Positions 58,601 to 64,000 of a stretch of 64,000 bases of DNA are shown in pieces. Below the pieces are notes generated by a model. That model did not search any database. It was not told the DNA's origin and saw only the letters and a program-made list of their open reading frames with translations. The DNA comes from Owenia fusiformis (taxonomy: Eukaryota), in assembly GCA_903813345.2 (NCBI GenBank), contig CAIIXF020000001.1:28582001-28646000 (forward strand), read 5' to 3'. The position numbers were made by a program, and so were the translations under genes. Every line of letters starts with the position of its first letter. Positions within the stretch are counted from its first letter, which is position 1.

Positions 58601-61600
58601 TGTTTGTATATACTGTAAATAAGTATTCTCCCTCCTTATTTAGGCCAATCTTGCATAGAGGGCACCCCTAAAGTTAAGCCACCCATACCTCCAAAACCAA
58701 AATCCCGATCATGTACATCAAGAATAGGTATCAATTGTACAGTGGATTTGATATTTCAGAGCATCATGCTGCATTATGATTTGTTGTGTCGTGCATTGTG
58801 AAATAATTTATGTACTGTATGGACCCTGCGCTGTGTGTTGATTATAATTAATTGGCATTTTTACGGAAATTTCATTGTAATGCAGCTTATTCCTATTAAA
58901 CCTGTACTTATACAGTACTAGTTTTGCCAATTATAATATAATTATCATTTTTGTTCTGCTTGTCCCCGGCCTTACATTTACATCTCATTTGAATTTATCA
59001 CTTAAGAATTCCTATGAACTTGATTTCAGTTTAGTTGTAGAAATATGAAATTGTATATACATTTGAATATGTTGGCAAAACCTTCTGTCTAAGGTCATTT
59101 GTATTAAATTGTGTTATGTGCACTTCTTTTGAACAAATAAATTGAAAATTAAACATTGGTTTATCATTCACAAAGTATCAAATATACATGTATATGCATA
59201 CAAGTATGAGTATGAGTGTAATGTCTATAGTACTATATTCCACATACAATATTACCTGTCTCGATACCCTACACACTGTTTTTTTTTCTTTGAATCATTC
59301 ATTTGTAAAAATAATCTAACAGTTGAAATCTGAAAAGCACTTGTCATCTCAAGGCCATCTTATTTGTAACAGAAAGCTTATGCCTTCAACAATTGACTTC
59401 ATAACATACCAGTATGTGTTTTTTTAAATCGTGCTTTCATGTATGCAGTTTTCAAAGAAAGGTGTATTGTCTCTTGCTTTAGTTCATTTTGCTCGTACAA
59501 ATCAGCTTTTACAATAAAGATTTTGTCTGCCAACTCTAGAGTAAATTGTCCCTTGCTTCCCCTCATTTTGCTCGTACAACCCAGCTTTTTCAGTAAAGAT
59601 TTTGTCTGCTAACTCTAGAGTATTTAATTGTCCCTTGCTTCCCCTCATTTTTTTGCTAGTACAACCCAGCTTTTACAATAAGATTGTGTCTGCTAACTCT
59701 AGAGTATATTGTCTCTTGGCTCCCCTCATTTTTGGCTAGTACAACCCAGCTTTTACAATAAGATTGTGTCTGCTAACTCTAGAGTATATTGTCTCTTGCC
59801 TCCCCTCATTTTGGCTAGTACAACCCAGCTTTTACAATAAGATTGTGTCTGCTAACTCAAGAGTATATTGTCTCTTGCCTCCCCTCATTTTTGGCTAGCA
59901 CAACCCAGCTTTTACAATAGAGATATTGTTTGTCTGAAACAGCTTTTACAATAAAGGTAGTATTTGCTCACTGTAAAGTAAATGTTCCCTTGCTTTTCTT
60001 GATTTGGCTTTCTACCAGTCCGCTTGTACTAGTGATTATGTTGCCTCAGTGTTTTGTTTGTCTGAAGGGGTCTCATGGGGCTATGATGTGATTCCCTCTG
60101 GTATGGCAAGGGACATAGAATTTAGGCCTCCTTTGCCTTTACCAAGACCTGGTGCGTCTGGTTCAATGGCCCCGCTTAACTGTAAGTTGCTCATGAAATG
60201 TGTTGTTGCTTGTAATTTGCTTGTTAGATTTGTTGTCATTTCATGTCATTTTGATTACTGTAGATTTTATAGTAGTTTTCATACTAATATTGACACAGAC
60301 TAATATTTCTTATATCTTTAAAATGATATGGTTTTCTAGTACATGTTTCTATTTCTTCTTCACCTTAACAAGTGATCATGATCATCACCATTTGTCTAAA
60401 GACGGTTAATCTTAATAAAAAAGGTTGGTTTAATGTCTGTTAAATGATTGAATTATTTGGAAGAATTAATTGCCATTTTCTTATTTGGCAGAATTCATTC
60501 TTTCGATATTCAAGTACCAGATAGAATAGGAATAAAAATAGAAAAAATAAATATTTGTTAATTACATTATTTGACAGATATTGATATTTGACCCAACCTT
60601 TTTTTCTTCTCCTGAATTACATGAAACAATCTATTTTTGTGTGATCCTATTTAGTCTTTTTTTATTTATAATATGTATTAACATGCTTTGTATTATATAT
60701 TTTAGACACTGGTTTGGATGTTGTTATACCCCCTCCCTCTGCTGCCTCTATCACTCGAGGTAAGAACAAAACTTATTCTGTTAAATATCAAACAATTTTT
60801 ACAGGTAATTTACTGGTAGTCAAAAGACAAAAAGCAGAGGAGAGAATCACAAATCCTGCTAAAGAAATATGGCTCCTCCTTTTATTTGAAAATAAGTAAA
60901 ATAACCCTGAGTATGAAATCTTTTACTTTAATGAGATGTCTCATTAATAGGCACATTTTCTGGAGTCAGAGGAGGATAAATATACATATTGAAAATCTAC
61001 ACTCCCCTGCATAAGTTTGGCAAAGATCACTTATCAAGGCTTGTTCATGATTGGTGATTTGAAAGAAATCATCTTTGCCATGAATTTCTGAACTATTGAA
61101 ATTAAGGTACAAAATTAAGGTTCAAACATGGACAGGCCTTTACATGCTATCAGATAAAATGGTTGGGAGTGTATGTTAGTAAAAAACTGGTGTAAATCCA
61201 ATAAAATGATCCAGAGTTAATTAATTACTTGTACATGCCTGTTATTAAGCATATGTTTCTTACATGTACCAATTTTCCTCTAGAGGATGGCTACATTGAG
61301 CCAGATAATCCAGGGCCTAAAGCACCAGGAAGTGTTGGGGACAGAGTCAGTTCTAGCTACCTACCCATGGACTCCAAACAAAACACCATGTCTGGTACAA
61401 ATACTCTGTAAGTACTCGTAACACAATCTACAGGGTGTCCCGAAAGTATGGGGCCCCCCTAGGCAGACATATACCAGTGTCGTCATAGTATGTGTCATAT
61501 ATTACTTTAAAGCTTATCCAAAGTTACATTGATTCGCCAAATATCATGGTTCAACTCTCAAATGTGAAAAAATTACAGGCATTTCAAAATTTAGTGTTTG

Positions 61601-64000
61601 GTCAAAATTAAGTTTAATTTTACACCAAATCACTAGTCAATGTGTCCTCCCGGGGCATCTTAACAGCAGCAATTCTTTTCGGGTCGGAGGGATATTGAGT
61701 TGGAAAAAGAGAACGGTGAGGGTAGAAACTCTAAGGAAACTCTTCTAAAGTCCCTTAACAGGTTTTAAGAGGGTTATAAAATCCACACCCCTATTTGAAG
61801 GGCTCTTAAGGTCATATCTGAAAATAATTGCTGCTGTTAACATGGCCAAGATTTAATAGTACATTGACTAGTAATGTGGTGTAAAATATATATCGAATAC
61901 TGGCTGCTGAGAAAATTTGTTTTGATTGTTTTAAAAGTTTTATCCTCTGTCATCTTTTTGTCACAGTTCAAATGAAGATTTTTGATTTCCTGAGAATATT
62001 GTTTTATTTGTGAGTATTTACCTGGAGATTTGTGCTTTTGTAATTTGTTCCAATTTTTATGTCACCATCATTGATCTCAGTAGATTATTATAGAAATCTG
62101 AAGGGAGATCAAGATGTTCAATCAGAATTGGCGTATTACAGTAATTTATTCCTTGAGTTCTTCTAATTTGACAGACGTTATTTGAAATATTTCATTCCAG
62201 TACACCAGCCTATTTAAGCCTAGTGGCTGATGGAGAGAAATCAGACACTGGAAGTGGAAAATCTACTCTTGAGCCTTTCAACTTTTCTGATATGTGGGGC
62301 AATAGACCGGAGAGTGCGCTTAGCAGTGATAGCTATGAGGAAATGGTCAGTTTATTACCTAATAAGGCCATAAGAAATAGATTCTTTTTTGCAAACTCAA
62401 GAAACACAAACTTGTTTGCTGAGAAATGTATACATTTTATGGGCATAAAAAGGGATGACATACCAATTTGCAGTGATTACAAACACATATTATTATACAA
62501 TTTATTTAAACATACCTATTATTCAAGGGTAAAAATAAGAAAATACACAATGTATGCCTGAGTAATCAATAACACTGTCAATTTTGACACACATCAAATT
62601 ATCTGCCATTTTGTCTGGTTCTGATTGAACGAAATGTGATGGTACTTCCAGTCCCTTGTGATTGCTATTTGGATGTGTTTGTTTTTCCTGATTTACTCAA
62701 AATCATGCAAGCAAGGGGATGCAAAACAGAGAATCTACTTTTTATGGCCTAATCAAAAAAGGTCAAGTTTTGATCATTGTATTCTGATAACAATGAACAT
62801 TTTATCATACCAAATGATAAAATTTAATTGAAAAATGTATGTGTTTTTAGACAAAACAATATGATTTTTTTTTATTATTATTCATTTTTATTTCAAGTTC
62901 ATATATTATAATATTTTATATCATACAATGAAAATTAAACAAGGTTAATCAATTTAACATTTGTGTTGAACTTTGAAGTAAATGTACCATATACTAGTGT
63001 ACAATACAAATACAAATATGTTACAATTATTCATAACTGTTCATATATAAACAAATGGAAAAAACACTATCATTCTTCATTTGTCATATTTTTAACAAAA
63101 AGATATAGTTGATTAAAACATATGATATAATTCTCTTGACCATTGAACTGTCATGTTCTAGGATGATGAAATGCAGATGCTCAGATCCAATAGGTTTAGC
63201 TCAAGGTTTATAGATGAACCGCTCTACCAGGTGTGGCACAGTGACTTTAACCATAGGCAGTCGATAGAGCAGAAGCTACAAGCGGATATAGGTAAGGAAT
63301 ATGGGCCAACTGGAACATAATCTATTTCATTAATGATAAACCTTGTATCCAAGATTATTTGACCAATTTAATGGTAGTACTCAAAATGGGAACTTTACCT
63401 ATTTTTTCATTTTATATTTTATCCCTTAAAATAATACTAATCAAAACCTTAACTAGATATATGTAACTGCTTTAATCGGGTTGGAAAATATCTTTTGAAT
63501 GGATGCAGAATCTTGTAGAAATGAAATATTTGTTTTGCCCCAGATAGAACAAACTCATTTAATATAATTTTGGATAATGGGTTTCTGAATTACTATTTGG
63601 AAAATGGTTTCTGAATTACTATTTCATATACTGGCATATAATACCAGGTGCACCTTAAGCATTGAACAAGTATCATTTTCCTATACATGCTGAAACGATC
63701 ATATGGTTCTTAGTCAAATTCACTGAGTCCAAAAGACCACTACATATGCTTCTGAATACAAAGACAAAACACCTATTCTATAGTGTTTGTTATAATGTGT
63801 TATAGATGAGGATGAGGAAGAGAATATATATGACACTTATGACATCAAAGATGGTGAAATATATGATGATGCCGCATCATTCAAGCCCTCGCAGTCTTTC
63901 AAAGAGGAGCCTGATGAACCAGGGACCACTGATTATAGCTTAGAAACTGCCACTTCTGCTGTATCACCTACGTCCCCAACATTTAAAGGAATGCGTACAC
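52668..64000 (+). CDS. Large Pro/Ser/Lys-rich disordered signalling protein, 5' part only; probably an ephexin-family RhoGEF
   Basis: Exons 52668-54168, 54361-54490, 56573-56723, 57121-57629, 58269-58402, 58644-58727, 60068-60181, 60706-60759, 61284-61407, 62201-62345, 63162-63291, 63806->64000. GT-AG with compatible phases; acceptor at 52572 suggests a non-coding first exon ending at 49588. The family call rests only on SRFIDEPLYQ and the terminal GMRT, resembling ephexin sequence just ahead of the DH domain. No folded domain lies in the window. Confidence 0.8.
59463..59960. repeat. ~80-bp minisatellite, about 6 copies
   Basis: AGAGTATATTGTCTCTTG.CTCCCCTCATTTT.GGCTAGTACAACCCAGCTTTTACAATAAGATTGTGTCTGCTAACTCT repeats, e.g. 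at 59701 and 59781. Confidence 0.9.
61617..61887. repeat. Imperfect inverted repeat (MITE remnant)
   Basis: ATTTTACACCAAATCACTAGTCAATGT vs ACATTGACTAGTAATGTGGTGTAAAAT; inner TTAACAGCAGCAATT vs AATTGCTGCTGTTAA. Confidence 0.65.
62366..62749. mobile_element. MITE with GGCC termini and TAA TSD (Zator- or Harbinger-like)
   Basis: GGCCATAAGAAATAGATTCT / AGAATCTACTTTTTATGGCC; TAA at 62363-62365 and 62750-62752. Confidence 0.75.

Overview
AT-rich, intron-dense eukaryotic (invertebrate-like metazoan) DNA; not prokaryotic, no CRISPR, rRNA or tRNA recognised. Splicing by eye gives three host genes. (1) A complete 8-exon class A (rhodopsin-type) peptide GPCR on + (16454-27760, ~506 aa), with a signal-peptide first exon missed by the ORF track and a CRE-TATA-Inr promoter. 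(2) A complete 29-exon nardilysin (M16A metallopeptidase, HFLEH plus acidic insert) on - (49072-29061, ~1066 aa), tail-to-tail with the GPCR. (3) The 5' part of a large Pro/Ser-rich, phosphotyrosine-motif-rich protein on + (52668 to window end, probably an ephexin-type RhoGEF), head-to-head with nardilysin across a short bidirectional promoter. Nardilysin intron 23 holds a ~5.1 kb nested Helentron/HINE-like element that encloses an intronless, frameshifted SDR gene copy, a second HINE and a palindromic MITE. The rest is a 2.7 kb 95-bp satellite plus many non-autonomous DNA transposons, many with target-site duplications (TSDs) I could read directly: CAC ends with 5 bp, TAG/TAC ends with 9 bp, GGG ends with 10 bp, TTAA, TA and TAA. 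Superfamily names and gene-family calls are inferences from motifs; no database search was run.
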